NCBI RefSeq assembly: GCF_009914755.1
Contig: NC_060937.1
DNA length: 64,000 nucleotides
DNA from: the human T2T-CHM13v2.0 reference genome, Homo sapiens
Reading direction: 5' to 3' (one strand)
Shown: positions 1 to 15,600 of the stretch, in pieces
Layout of the letters: every line of letters starts with the position of its first letter
How positions within the stretch are numbered: the stretch's first letter is position 1
Program-made: the position numbers and the translations under genes
The notes under the pieces: generated by a model
Database searches by the model: none
Told to the model about the DNA's origin: nothing
The model's input: the letters and a program-made list of their open reading frames with translations, nothing else

Positions 1-3000
1 ACTTCAAATATATATTATATGCTGCACATAAAATATCAAAATACCCAAAGTATGCATTAAACACTGTACATAAAATATCAAAGTACACATATTATCTATT
101 ATATAATGTACATAAAATATGAAGGTTCATCAAATATATATTATATTCTGTACATAATATATCAAAGTACATCAAATATATATTATATACTGTACATAAA
201 ATATCAAAGTACCAAAAATATGTATTATATACTGTACATAAAACATGAAAGTAACCAAACATTTATAATAAACTGTACATAAAATATCAAAGTACTCAAT
301 CTACATATTATATACAGTATATAAAATATCAAAGTACACAAACTGTATATTATATACTGTACATAATATATCAAAGTACCCAGAATATATAGCATACTGT
401 ACATAAAATATCAAAGTACCCAAAATGTATATTGTATACTGTACATAAAATATGAAGGTACATCAAAGATATATTATATTCTGTACATAAAATATCAAAG
501 TACACCAAATATATATTATATGCTGTACATAATATATTAAAGTTGCCCATATATACATTATATACTGTACATAAAATATGAACGTACATCAAATATATAG
601 TATATGCTGCACATAAAATATCAAAGTACCCAAAGTACGTATTATACACTGTACATAAAATATCAAAGTACCAAAAGTATATATTACATACTGTAAATAA
701 AATATGAAGGTACCTCAAATATATATTATATTCTGTACATAAAATATCAAAGTACACCAAGTATATACTATATACTCTGCATAAAATATTAAATTACCCA
801 AAATATGTATTGAATTGTGTACATAAAATATGAAAGTAACCAAACATTTATAATAAACTGTACATAAAATATCAAAGTACTCAAACTGTATATTATATAC
901 TGTACATAAAGTATCAAAGTACCCAAACTGTGTAGTATATACTGTACATAAAATATCAAGGTACCCAAAATATATATTGTAAACTGTAGATAAAATATCA
1001 AAGTACCCAAAATATATATTATATACTGTACATAAAATATGAAGGCACATCCAATATATATTATATTCTGTACATAATATATCAAAGTACACCAAATGTA
1101 TATTATATACTGTACATAAACTATGAAAGTTCATCAAATATATTTTATATTCTGCACATAATATATCAAAGTACAGCAAATATATATTATATACTGTACA
1201 TAAAATATCAAAGTACCCAAAATATGTATTATATACTGTACATAAAATATGAAAGTAACCAAACATTTATAATAAACTGTACATAAAATATCAAAGTACT
1301 CAAACTGTATATTATATACTCTACATAAAGTATCAAAGTACCCAAACTGTGTAGTATATACTGTACATAAAATATCAAGGTACCCAAAATATATATTGTA
1401 AACTGTAGATAAAATATCAAAGTACCCAAAATATATATTATATACTGTACATGAAATATGAAGGCCCCTCCAATATATATTATACTCTGTACATAAAATA
1501 TCAAAGTACACCAAATGTATATTATATACTGTACATAAAATATCAAAGTACCCAAAGTGTATATTATATACTGTACATAAACTATGAAGGTTCATCAAAT
1601 ATATTTTATATTCTGCACATAATATATCAAAGTACAGCAAATATATATTATATACTGTACATAAAATATCAAAGTACCCAAATTATGTATTATATACTGT
1701 ACATAAAATATGAAAGTAAGCAAACATTTATAATAAACTGTACATAAAGTATCAAAGTACTCAAACTACATATTATATACAGTATATAAAATATCAAAGT
1801 ACCCAAACTGTATATTATATAATGTACATAATATATCAAAGTACCCGAATATATAGCATACTCTACATAAAATATCAAAGTACCCAAAGTTTGTATTATA
1901 CACTGCACATAAAATATGGAGGTACATCAAAGATATATTATATTCTGTACATAAAATATCAAAGTACACCAAATATATGTTATATGCTGTACATAATATA
2001 TTAAAGTCGACCAAATATATATTATATACTGTACATAAAATATGAAGGTACATCAAATATATATTATATGCTGCACATAAAATATCAAAGTACCCAAAGT
2101 ATGTGTTATATACTGTACATAAAATATCAAAGTACCCAAAGTATATATTATATACTGTACATAAAATATAAAATACCCCAAATATATATTATATGCTCTA
2201 CATAAAATATCAAAGTACACAAAATATGTATTATATACTGTACATAAAATACCAAAGGACCCAAAATATATATTATATACTGTACATAAAATATCAAAAT
2301 ACCCAAAATATATATTATATACTGTACATAAAATACCAAAGTACCCAAAGTATATATTATATACCGTACAAAAAATATCAAAGTAGCCAAAATATGTATT
2401 ATACACTGTACATAATATATGAAAGTACCCAAACATTTATAATAAACTGTACATAAAATATCAATGTACTCAAACTATATATTATGTGCGGTACATAAGA
2501 TATCAAAGTACCCATACTATATAGTATATACTGTACTTAAAATATCAAAATACCCAAAATATATATTATATACGTTACATAAACTATCAAATACACAAAG
2601 TATGTATTATATACTGTACATAAAATAGCAAAGTTCCCAAAATATGTATTATATACTGTACATAAAATATGAAAGTACCCAACCATTTATAATAAAGTCT
2701 ACATAAAATACCAAAGTACCCAAACTGTGTATTATATACTGTCCATAAAATATCAAAGGACCCAAAATATATATTGTAAACTCTACATAAAATATCAAAG
2801 TAGCCAAAATACATATTGTATACTGTACATAAAATATAAAAGTACCCCAAATATATATTATATACTGTACATAAAATATCAAAGTACCCATAATACATAT
2901 TATACACTGTACATAAAATATCAAAGGACCCAAAATAAACATTATATACTGTACATAAAATATCCAAATACTCAAAATATATATTACATACTGTACATAA

Positions 3001-6000
3001 AATATCAAAGTACCCAAATTATGTATTATACACTGTACGTAAAATATCAGAGTACCCAAAATATGCATTATATACTGTACATAAAATATGAAAGTAACAA
3101 AACATTTATAATAAACTGTACATAAAATATCAAAGTACTCAAACTATATATCATATACTCTACATAAAATATCAAAGTACCCAAACTGTGTATTATTATA
3201 TACTGTATATAAAATATCAAAGTACCTGAAATATATACTGTATACTGTACATAAAATATCAAAGTACCCAAAATATATACTATATACTGTACATAAAATA
3301 TGAAGGTACATCAAATATATATTATATCCTGTACATAAAATATCAAAGTACACCTATTATATATTGTGTACTGTACATAATATATTAAATCGCCCAAATA
3401 TATATTGTATACTGTATATAAAATATGAAGGTACTTCAAATATATATTATATGCTGCACATAAAATATCAAAGTACCCAAAGTATGCATTACATACTGTA
3501 CATAAAATATCAAAGTACACATATTATCTATTATATAATGTACATAAAATATGAAGGTTCATCAAATATATATTATATTCTGTACATAATATATCAAAGT
3601 ACATCAAATATATATTATATACTGTACATAAAATATCAAAGTACCAAAAATATGTATTATATACTGTACATAAAACATGAAAGTAACCAAACATTTATAA
3701 TAAACTGTACATAAAATATCAAAGTACTCAATCTACATATTATATACAGTATATAAAATATCAAAGTACACAAACTGTATATTATATACGGTACATAATA
3801 TATCAAAGTACCCAGAATATATAGCATACTGTAAATAAAATATCAAAGTACCCAAAATATATATTGTATACTGTACATAAAATATGAAGGTACATCAAAG
3901 ATATATTATATTCTGTACATAAAATATCAAACTACACCAAATATATATTATATGCTGTACATAATATATTAAAGTTGCCCATATATACATTATATACTGT
4001 ACATAAAATATGAACGTACATCAAATATATAGTATATGCTGCACATAAAATATCAAAGTACCCAAAATATATACTATATACTGTACATAAAATATGAAGG
4101 TACATCAAATATATATTATATCCTCTACATAAAATATCAAAGTACACCCATTATATATTGTGTACTGCACATAATATATTAAATCGCCCAAATATATATT
4201 GTATACTGTATATAAAATATGAAGGTACTTCAAATATATATTATATGCTGCACATAAAATATCAAAGTACCCAAAGTATGCATTACATACTGTACATAAA
4301 ATATCAAATTACAAAAATTATATATTATATTCTGTACATAAAATATGTAGGTTCTTCAAATATATTTTATATTCTGTACATAATATATCAAAGTACATCA
4401 AATATATATTATATACGGTACATAAAATATCAAAGTACCCAAAATATGTATTAATTACTGTGCATAAAATATGAAAGTAACCAAACATTTATAATAAACT
4501 GTACATAAAATATCAAACTACTCAATCTACATATTATATACAGTATATAAAATATCAAAGTACACAAACTGTATATTATATACTGTACATAATATATCAA
4601 AGTACCCAGAATATATAGCATACTGTACATACAATATCAAAGTACCCAGAATGTATATTGTATTCTGTACATAAAATATGAATGTACATCAAAGATATAT
4701 TATATTCTGTACATAAAATATCAAAGTACACCAAATATATATTATATGCTGTACATAATATATTAAAGTTGCCCATGCATACATTTTATACTGTACATAA
4801 AATATGAAGGTACATCAAATATATAGTATATGCTGCACATAAAATATCAAAGTACCCAAAGTATGTATTATATACTGTACATAAAATATCAAAGTACCAA
4901 AAGTATATATTACCTACTGTAAATAAAATATGAAGATACCTCAAATATATATTATATTCTGTACATGAAATATCAAAGTACACCAAGTATATACTATATA
5001 CTCTACATAAAATATTAAATTACCCAAAATATGTATTGTATTGTGTACATAAAATATGAAAGTAACCAAACATTTATAATAAACTGTACATAAAATGTCA
5101 AAGTACTCAAACTTTATATTATATACTGTACATAAAGTATCAAAGTACCCAAACTGTGTAGTATATACTGTACATAAAATATCAAGGTACCCAAAATGTA
5201 TATTGTAAACTGTAGATAAAATATCAAAGTACCCAAAATATATATTATATACTGTACATAAAATATGAAGGCTCATCCAATATATATTATATTCTGTACA
5301 TAAAATATCAAAGTACACCAAATGTATATTATATACTGTACATAAAATATAAAACTACGCCAAATATATCTTATATACTCTACATAAAATATCAAAGTAC
5401 CCAAAATATATATTATATACTGTACATAAAATATCAAAGTACCCATAGTATGTATTATATCCTGTACATAAAATATGAAGGTACATCAAATATATATTCT
5501 ATTCTGCACATAAAATATCATATTGCACCAAATATATATTGTATACTGTATATAAAATATGAAGGTACTTCAAATATATATTATATGCTGCACATAAAAT
5601 ATCAAAGTACCCAAAGTATGCATTATATACTGTACATAAAATATCAAAGTACCCAAAGTGTATATTATATACTGTACATAAAATATGAAGGTTCATCAAA
5701 TATATTTTATATTCTGCACATAATATATCAAAGTACAGCAAATATATATTATATACTGTACATAAAATATCAAAGTACCCAAAATATGTATTATATACTG
5801 TACATAAAATATGAAAGTAACCAAACATTTATAATAAACTGTACATAAAATATCAAAGTACTCAAACTACATATTATATACAGTATATAAAATGTCAAAG
5901 TACCCAAACTGTATATTATATACTGTACATAATATATCAAAGTACCCAAATATATAGCATACTGTACATAAAATATCAAAGTACCCAAAGTGTGTATTAT

Positions 6001-9000
6001 ACACTGCACATAAAATACGAAGGTACATCAAAGATATATTATATTCTGTACATAAAATATCAAAGTACACCAAATATATATTATATGCTGTACAGAATAT
6101 ATTAAAGTCGACCAAATATATATTATATACTGTACATAAAATATGAAGGTACATCAAATATATATTATATACTGCACATAAAATATCAAAGTACCCAAAG
6201 TATGTATTATATACTGTACATAAAATATCAAAGTACCCAAAGTATATATTATATACTGTACATAAAATATAAAATACCCCAAATATATATTATATCCTGT
6301 ACATAAAATATCAAAGTACCCAAAATATATATTGTAAACTGTACATAAAATATCAAAGTAGCCAAAATATATATTGTATACTGTCCATAAAATATAAAAG
6401 TACCCCAAATATGTATTATATACTGTACATAAAATATCAAAGTACCGATAATACATATTATATACTGTACATAAAATATCAAAGGACCCAAAATAAACAT
6501 TATATACTGTACATAAAATATCCAAATACTCAAAATATATATTACATACTGTACATAAAATATCAAAGTACCCAAATTATGTATTATATACTGTACGTAA
6601 AATATCAGAGTACCCAAAATATGCATTATATACTGTACATAAAATATGAAAGTAACAAAACATTTATAATAAACTGTACATAAAATATCAAAGTACTCAA
6701 ACTATATATCATATACTGTACATAAAATATCAAAGTACCCAAACTGTGTATTATTATATACTGTATATAAAATATCAAAGTACCTGAAATATATATTGTA
6801 TACTGTACATAAAATATCAAAGTACCCAAAATATATACTATATACTGTACATAAAATATGAAGGTACATCAAATATATATTATATCCTGTACATAAAATA
6901 TCAAAGTACACCTATTATATATTGTGTACTGTACATAATATATTAAATCGCCCAAATATATATTGTATACTGTATATAAAATATGAAGGTACTTCAAATA
7001 TATATTATATGCTGCACATAAAATATCAAAGTACCCAAGGTATGCATTACATACTGTACATAAAATATCAAAGTACACATATTATATATTATATAATATA
7101 CATAAAATATGAAGGTTCATCAAATATATATTATATTCTGTACATAATATATCAAAGTACATCAAATATATATTATATACTGTACATAAAATATCAAAGT
7201 ACCAAAAATATGTATTATATACTGTACATAAAATATGAAAGTAACCAAACATTTATAATAAACTGTACATAAAATATCAAAGTACTCAGTCTACATATTA
7301 TATACAGTATATAAAATATCAAAGTACACACACTGTATATTATATACTGTACATAATATATCAAAATACCCAGAATATATAGCATACTGTACATAAAATA
7401 TCAAAGTACCCAAAATATATATTGTATACTGTACATAAAATATGAAGGTACATCAAAGATATATTATATTCTGTACATAAAATATCAAACTACACCAAAT
7501 ATATATTATATGCTGTACATAATATATTAAAGTTGCCCATATATACATTATATACTGTACATAAAATATGAACGTACATCAAATATATAGTATATGCTGC
7601 ACATAAAATATCAAAGTACCCAAAGTATGTATTATACACTGTACATAAAATATCAAAGTACCAAAAGTATATATTACATACTGTAAATAAAATATGAAGG
7701 TACCTCAAATATATATTATATTCTGTACATAAAACATCAAAGTACACCAAGTATATACTATATACTCTGCATAAAATATTAAATTACCCAAAATATGTAT
7801 TGCATTGTGTACATAAAATATGAAAGTAACCAAACATTTATAATAAACTGTACATAAAATTTCAAAGTACTCAAACTGTATATTATATACTGTACATAAA
7901 GTATCAAAGTACCCAAACTGTGTAGTATATACTGTACATAAAATATCAAGGTACCCAAAATATATATTGTAAACTGTAGATAAAATATCAAAGTACCCAA
8001 AATATATATTATATACTGTACATAAAATATGAAGGCACATCCAATATATACTATATTCTGTACATAAAATATCAAAGTACACCAAATGTATATTATATAC
8101 TGTACAAAAAATATCAAAGTACCCAAAGTGTATATTATATACTGTACATAAAATATGAAGGTTCATCAAATATATTTTATATTCTGCACATAATATATCA
8201 AAGTACAGCAAATATATATTATATACTGTACATAAAATATCAAAGTACCCAAAATATGTATTATATACTGTACATAAAATATGAAAGTAACCAAACATTT
8301 ATAATAAACTGTACATAAAGTATCAAAGTACTCAAACTACATATTATATACAGTATATAAAATGTCAAAGTACCCAAACTGTATATTATATACTGTACAT
8401 AATATATCAAAGTACCCGAATATATAGCATACTGTACATAAAATATCAAGGTACCCAAAGTGTGTATTATACACTGCACATAAAATATGAAGGTACATAA
8501 AATATATATTGTATTCTGTACATAAAATATCAAAGTACTCCAAATATATATTATATGCTGTACATAATATATTATAGTCGCCCAAATATATATTATATAC
8601 TGTACATAAAATATGAAGGTACATCAAATATATATTATATGCTGCACATAAAATATCAAAGTACCCAAAGTATGTGTTATATACTGTACATAAAATATCA
8701 AAGTACCCAATGTATATATTATATACTGTACATAAAATATAAAATACCCCAAATATATATTATATGCTATACATAAAATATCAAAGTACACAAAATATGT
8801 ATTATATACTGTACATAAAATACCAAAGGACCCAAAATATATATTATATACTGTACATAAAATATCAAAATACCCAAAATATATATTATATACTGTACAT
8901 AAAATACCAAAGTACCCAAAGTATATATTATATACCGTACAAAAAATATCAAAGTAGCCAAAATATGTATTATACACTGTACATAATATATGAAAGTACC

Positions 9001-12000
9001 CAAACATTTATAATAAACTGTACATAAAATATCAATGTACTCAAACTATATAGTATCTGCGGTACATAAGATATCAAAGTACCCATACTATATAGTATAT
9101 ACTGTACTTAAAATATCAAAATACCCAAAATATATATTATATACGTTACATAAACTATCAAATACACAAAGTATGTATTATATACTGTACATAAAATAGA
9201 AAAGTTCCCAAAATATGTATTATATATATTATAAATATGTACATAAAATATGAAAGTACCCAACCATTTATAATAAACTCTACATAAAACACCAAAGTAC
9301 CCAAACTGTGTATTATATACTGTCCATAAAATATCAAAGTACCCAAAATATATATTGTAAACTCTACATAAAATATCAAAGTAGCCAAAATACATATTGT
9401 ATACTGTACATAAAATATAAAAGTACCCCAAATATATATTATATACTGTACATAAAATATCAAAGTACCCATAATACATATTATATACTGTACATAAAAT
9501 ATCAAAGGACCCAAAATAAACATTATATACTGTACATAAAATATCCAAATACTCAAAATATATATTACATACTGTACATAAAATATCAAAGTACCCAAAT
9601 TATGTACTATATACTGTACGTAAAATATCAGAGTACCCAAAATATGCATTATATACTGTACATAAAATATGAAAGTAACAAAACATTTATAATAAACTGT
9701 ACATAAAATATCAAAGTACTCAAACTATATATCATATACTGTACATAAAATATCAAAGTACCCAAACTGTGTATTATTATATACTGTATATAAAATATCA
9801 AAGTACCTGAAATATATATTGTATACTGTACATAAAATATCAAAGTACCCAAAATATATACTATATACTGTACATAAAATATGAAGGTACATCAAATATA
9901 TATTATATCCTGTACATAAAATAACAAAGTACACCTATTATATATTGTGTACTGTACATAATATATTAAATCGCCCAAATATATATTGTATACTGTATAT
10001 AAAATATGAAGGTACTTCAAATATATATTATATGCTGCACATAAAATATCAAAGTACCCAAGGTATGCATTACATACTGTACATAAAATATCAAAGTACA
10101 CAAATTATATATTATATACTGTACATAAAATATGTAGGTTCATCAAATATATTTTATATTCTGTACATAATATATCAAAGTACATCAAATATATATTATA
10201 TACGGTACATAAAATATCAAATTACCCAAAATATATATTATTTACTGTACATAAAATATGAAAGTAACCAAACATTTATAATAAACTGTACATAAATTAT
10301 CAAAGTACTCAATCTACATATTATATACAGTATATAAAATATCAAAGTACACAAACTGTATATTATATACTGTACATAATATGTCAAAGTACCCAGAATA
10401 TATAGCATACTGTACATACAATATCAAAGTACCCAAAATATATATTGTATACTGTACATAAAATATGAAGGTACATCAAAGATATATTATATTCTGTACA
10501 TAAAATATCAAAGTACACCAAATATATATTATATGCTGTACATAATATATTAAAGTTGCCCATGTATATATTTTATACTGTACATAAAATATGAAGGTAC
10601 ATCAAATATATAGTATATGCTGCACATAAAATATCAAAGTACCCAAAGTATGTATTATATACTGTACATAAAATATCAAAGTACCAAAAGTATATATTAC
10701 CTACTGTAAATAAAATGTAAAGATACCTCAAATATATATTATATTCTGTACATGAAATATCAAAGTACACCAAGTATATACTATATACTCTACATAAAAT
10801 ATTAAATTACCCAAAATATGTATTGTATTGTGTACATAAAATATGAAAATAACCAAACATTTATAATAAACTGTACATAAAATATCAAAGTACTCAAACT
10901 TTATATTATATACTGTACATAAAGTATCAAAGTACCCAAACTGTGTAGTATATACTGTACATAAAATATCAAGGTACCCAAAATGTATATTGTAAACTGT
11001 AGATAAAATATCAAAGTACCCAAAATATATATTATATACTGTACATAAAATATGAAGGCACATCCAATATATATTATATTCTGTACATAAAATATCAAAG
11101 TACACCAAATGTATATTATATACTGTACATAAAATATAAAACTACCCCAAATATATATTATATACTCTACATAAAATATCAAAGTACCCAAAATATATAT
11201 TATATACTGTACATAATATATCAAAGTACCCATAGTATGTATTATATCCTGTACATAAAATATGAAAGTACGTCAAATATATATTCTATTCTGCACATAA
11301 AATATCATATTGCACCAAATATATATTGTATACTGTATATAAAATATGAAGGTACTTCAAATATATATTATATGCTGCACATAAAATATCAAAGTACCCA
11401 AAGTATGCATTATATACTGTACATAAAATATCAAAGTACCCAAAGTGTATATTATATACTGTACATAAAATATGAAGGTTCATCAAATATATTTTATATT
11501 CTGCACATAATATATCAAAGTACAGCAAATATATATTATATACTGTACATAAAATAACAAAGTAACAAAAATATGTATTATATACTGTACATAAAATATG
11601 AAAGTAACCAAATATTTATAATAAACTGTATATAAAATATCAAAGTACTCAAACTACATATTATATACAGTATATAAAATATCAAAGTACCCAAACTATA
11701 TATTATATACTGTACATACTATATCAAAGTACCCGAATATAGAGCATACTGTACATAAAATATCAAATTACCCAAAATATATATTGTATACTGTACATAA
11801 AATATGAAGGTACATCAAAGATATATTATATTCTGTACATAAAATATCAAAGTACACCAAATATATATTATATGCTGTACAGAATATATTAAAGTCGACC
11901 AAATGTATACTATATACTGTACATAAAATATGAAGGTACATCAAATATATATTATATGCTGCACATAAAATATCAAAGTACCCAAAGTATGTGTTATATA

Positions 12001-12660
12001 CTCTACATAAAATATCAAAGTACCCAAAGTATATATTATATACTGTACATAAAATATAAAATACCCCAAATACATATTATATGCTGTACATAAAATATCA
12101 AAGTACACAAAATATGCATTATGTACTGTACATAAATTATCAAAGGACCCAAAATATATATTATATAATGTACATAAAATATCAAAATACCCAAAATATA
12201 TATTATATACTGTACATAAAATACCAAAGTACCCAAAGTATATATTATATACTGTATAAAAAATATCAAAGTAGCCAAAATATGTATTATACACTGTACA
12301 TAATATATGAAAGTACCCAAATATTTATAATAAACTGTACATAAAATATCAATGTACTCAAACTATATATTATGTGCGGTACTTAAGATATCAAAGTACC
12401 CATACTATATAGTATGTACTGTACTTAAAATATCAAAATACCCAAAATATATATTATATACGTTACATAAACTATCAAATACACAAAGTATGTATTACAT
12501 ACTGTACATAAAATAGCAAAGTTCCCAAAATATGTATTATATACTGTACATAAAATATGAAAGTACCCAACCATTTATAATAAACTCTACATAAAATACC
12601 AAAGTACCCAAACTGTGTATTATATACTCTCCATAAAATATCAAAGTACCCAAAATATAT
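1..12660 (+). repeat. Macro-repeat block, copy 1 (recurs at +49,667/+49,460; its 6.2-12.7 kb part also recurs at +33,334)
   Basis: The window's opening sequence, with private variants (AAATACCCAAAGTATGCATTAAACACTG), recurs at 49,668. ORF landmarks 371->50038, 3932->53599 and 6922->56589 share offset 49,667. Landmarks 7490->56950 and 12081->61541 share offset 49,460. Confidence 0.85.
6626..9648 (+). repeat. Type A unit carrying a +10-bp insertion (3,023 bp)
   Basis: Landmark spacing 6626->9649 is 3,023. At ~9,226-9,238, TATTATAAATAT replaces CT of the usual monomer. Confidence 0.8.
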
Positions 12661-15600
12661 ATTGTCAACTGTACATAAAATATCAAAGTACTCAATCTAC
12701 ATATTATATACAGTATATAAAATATCAAAGTACACAAACTGTATATTATATACTGTACATAATATATCAAAGTACCCAGAATATATAGCATACTGTACTT
12801 AAAATATCAAAGTACCCAAAATATATATTGTATACTGTACATAAAATATGAAGGTACATCAAAGATATATTATATTCTGTACATAAAATATCAAAGTACA
12901 CCAAATATATATTATATGCTGTACATAATATATTAAAGTTGCCCATATATACATTATATACTGTACATAAAATATGAACGTACATCAAATATATAGTATA
13001 TGCTGCACATAAAATATCAAAGTACCCAAAGTATGTATTATACACTGTACATAAAATATCAAAGTACCAAAAGTATATATTACATACTGTAAATAAAATA
13101 TGAAGGTACCTCAAATATATATTATATTCTGTACATAAAATATCAAAGTACACCAAGTATATACTATATACTCTGCATAAAATATTAAATTACCCAAAAT
13201 ATGTATTGCATTGTGTACATAAAATATGAAAGTAACCAAACATTTATAATAAACTGTACATAAAATATCAAAGTACTCAAACTGTATATTATATACTGTA
13301 CATAAAGTATCAAAGTACCCAAACTGTGTAGTATATACTGTACATAAAATATCAAGGTACCCAAAATATATATTGTAAACTGTAGATAAAATATCAAAGT
13401 ACCCAAAATATATATTATATACTGTACATAAAATATGAAGGCACATCCAATATATATTATATTCTGTACATAAAATATCAAAGTACACCAAATGTATATT
13501 ATATACTGTACATAAAATATCAAAGTACCCAAAGTGTATATTATATACTGTACATAAACTATGAAGGTTCATCAAATATATTTTATATTCTGCACATAAT
13601 ATATCAAAGTACAGCAAATATATATTATATACTGTACATAAAATATCAAAGTACCCAAAATATGTATTATATACTGTACATAAAATATGAAAGTAACCAA
13701 ACATTTATAATAAACTGTACATAAAGTATCAAAGTACTCAAACTACATATTATATACAGTATATAAAATGTCAAAGTACCCAAACTGTATATTATATACT
13801 GTACATAATATATCAAAGTACCCGAATATATAGCATACTGTACATAAAATATCAAAGTACCCAAAGTGTGTATTATACACTGCACATAAAATATGAAGGT
13901 ACATAAAATATATATTGTATTCTGTACATAAAATATCAAAGTACTCCAAATATATATTATATGCTGTACATAATATATTAAAGTCGCCCAAATATATATT
14001 ATATACTGTACATAAAATATGAAGGTACATCAAATATATATTATATGCTGCACATAAAATATCAAAGTACCCAAAGTATGTGTTATATACTGTACATAAA
14101 ATATCAAAGTACCCAAAGTATATATTATATACTGTACATAAAATATAAAATACCCCAAATATATATTATATGCTGTACATAAAATATCAAAGTACACAAA
14201 ATATGTATTATATACTGTACATAAAATACCAAAGGACCCAAAATATATATTATATACTGTACATAAAATATCAAAATACCCAAAATATATATTATATACT
14301 GTACATAAAATACCAAAGTACCCAAAGTATATATTATATACCGTACAAAAAATATCAAAGTAGCCAAAATATGTATTATACACTGTACATAATATATGAA
14401 AGTACCCAAACATTTATAATAAACTGTACATAAAATATCAATGTACTCAAACTATATATTATGTGCGGTACATAAGATATCAAATTACCCATACTATATA
14501 GTATATACTGTACTTAAAATATCAAAATACCCAAAATATATATTATATACGTTACATAAACTATCAAATACACAAAGTATGTATTATATACTGTACATAA
14601 AATAGCAAAGTTCCCAAAATATGTATTATATATATTATAAATATGTACATAAAATATGAAAGTACCCAACCATTTATAATAAACTCTACATAAAACACCA
14701 AAGTACCCAAACTGTGTTTTATATACTGTCCATAAAATATCAAAGTACCCAAAATATATATTGTAAACTCTACATAAAATATCAAAGTAGCCAAAATACA
14801 TATTGTATACTGTACATAAAATATAAAAGTACCCCAAATATATATTATATACTGTACATAAAATATCAAAGTACCCATAATACATATTATATACTGTACA
14901 TAAAATATCAAAGGACCCAAAATAAACATTATATACTGTACATAAAATATCCAAATACTCAAAATATATATTACATACTGTACATAAAATATCAAAGTAC
15001 CCAAATTATGTATTATATACTGTACGTAAAATATCAGAGTACCCAAAATATGCATTATATACTGTACATAAAATATGAAAGTAACAAAACATTTATAATA
15101 AACTGTACATAAAATATCAAAGTACTCAAACTATATATCATATACTGTACATAAAATATCAAAGTACCCAAACTGTGTATTATTATATACTGTATATAAA
15201 ATATCAAAGTACCTGAAATATATATTGTATACTGTACATAAAATATCAAAGTACACAAAATATATACTATATACTGTACATAAAATATGAAGGTACATCA
15301 AATATATATTATATCCTGTACATAAAATATAAAAGTACACCTATTATATATTGTTTACTGTACATAATATATTAAATCGCCCAAATATATATTGTATACT
15401 GTATATAAAATATGAAGGTACTTCAAATATATATTATAAGCTGCACATAAAATATCAAAGTACCCAAGGTATGCATTACATACTGTACATAAAATATCAA
15501 AGTACACAAATTATATATTATATACTGTACATAAAATATGTAGGTTCATCAAATATATTTTATATTCTGTACATAATATATCAAAGTACATCAAATATAT

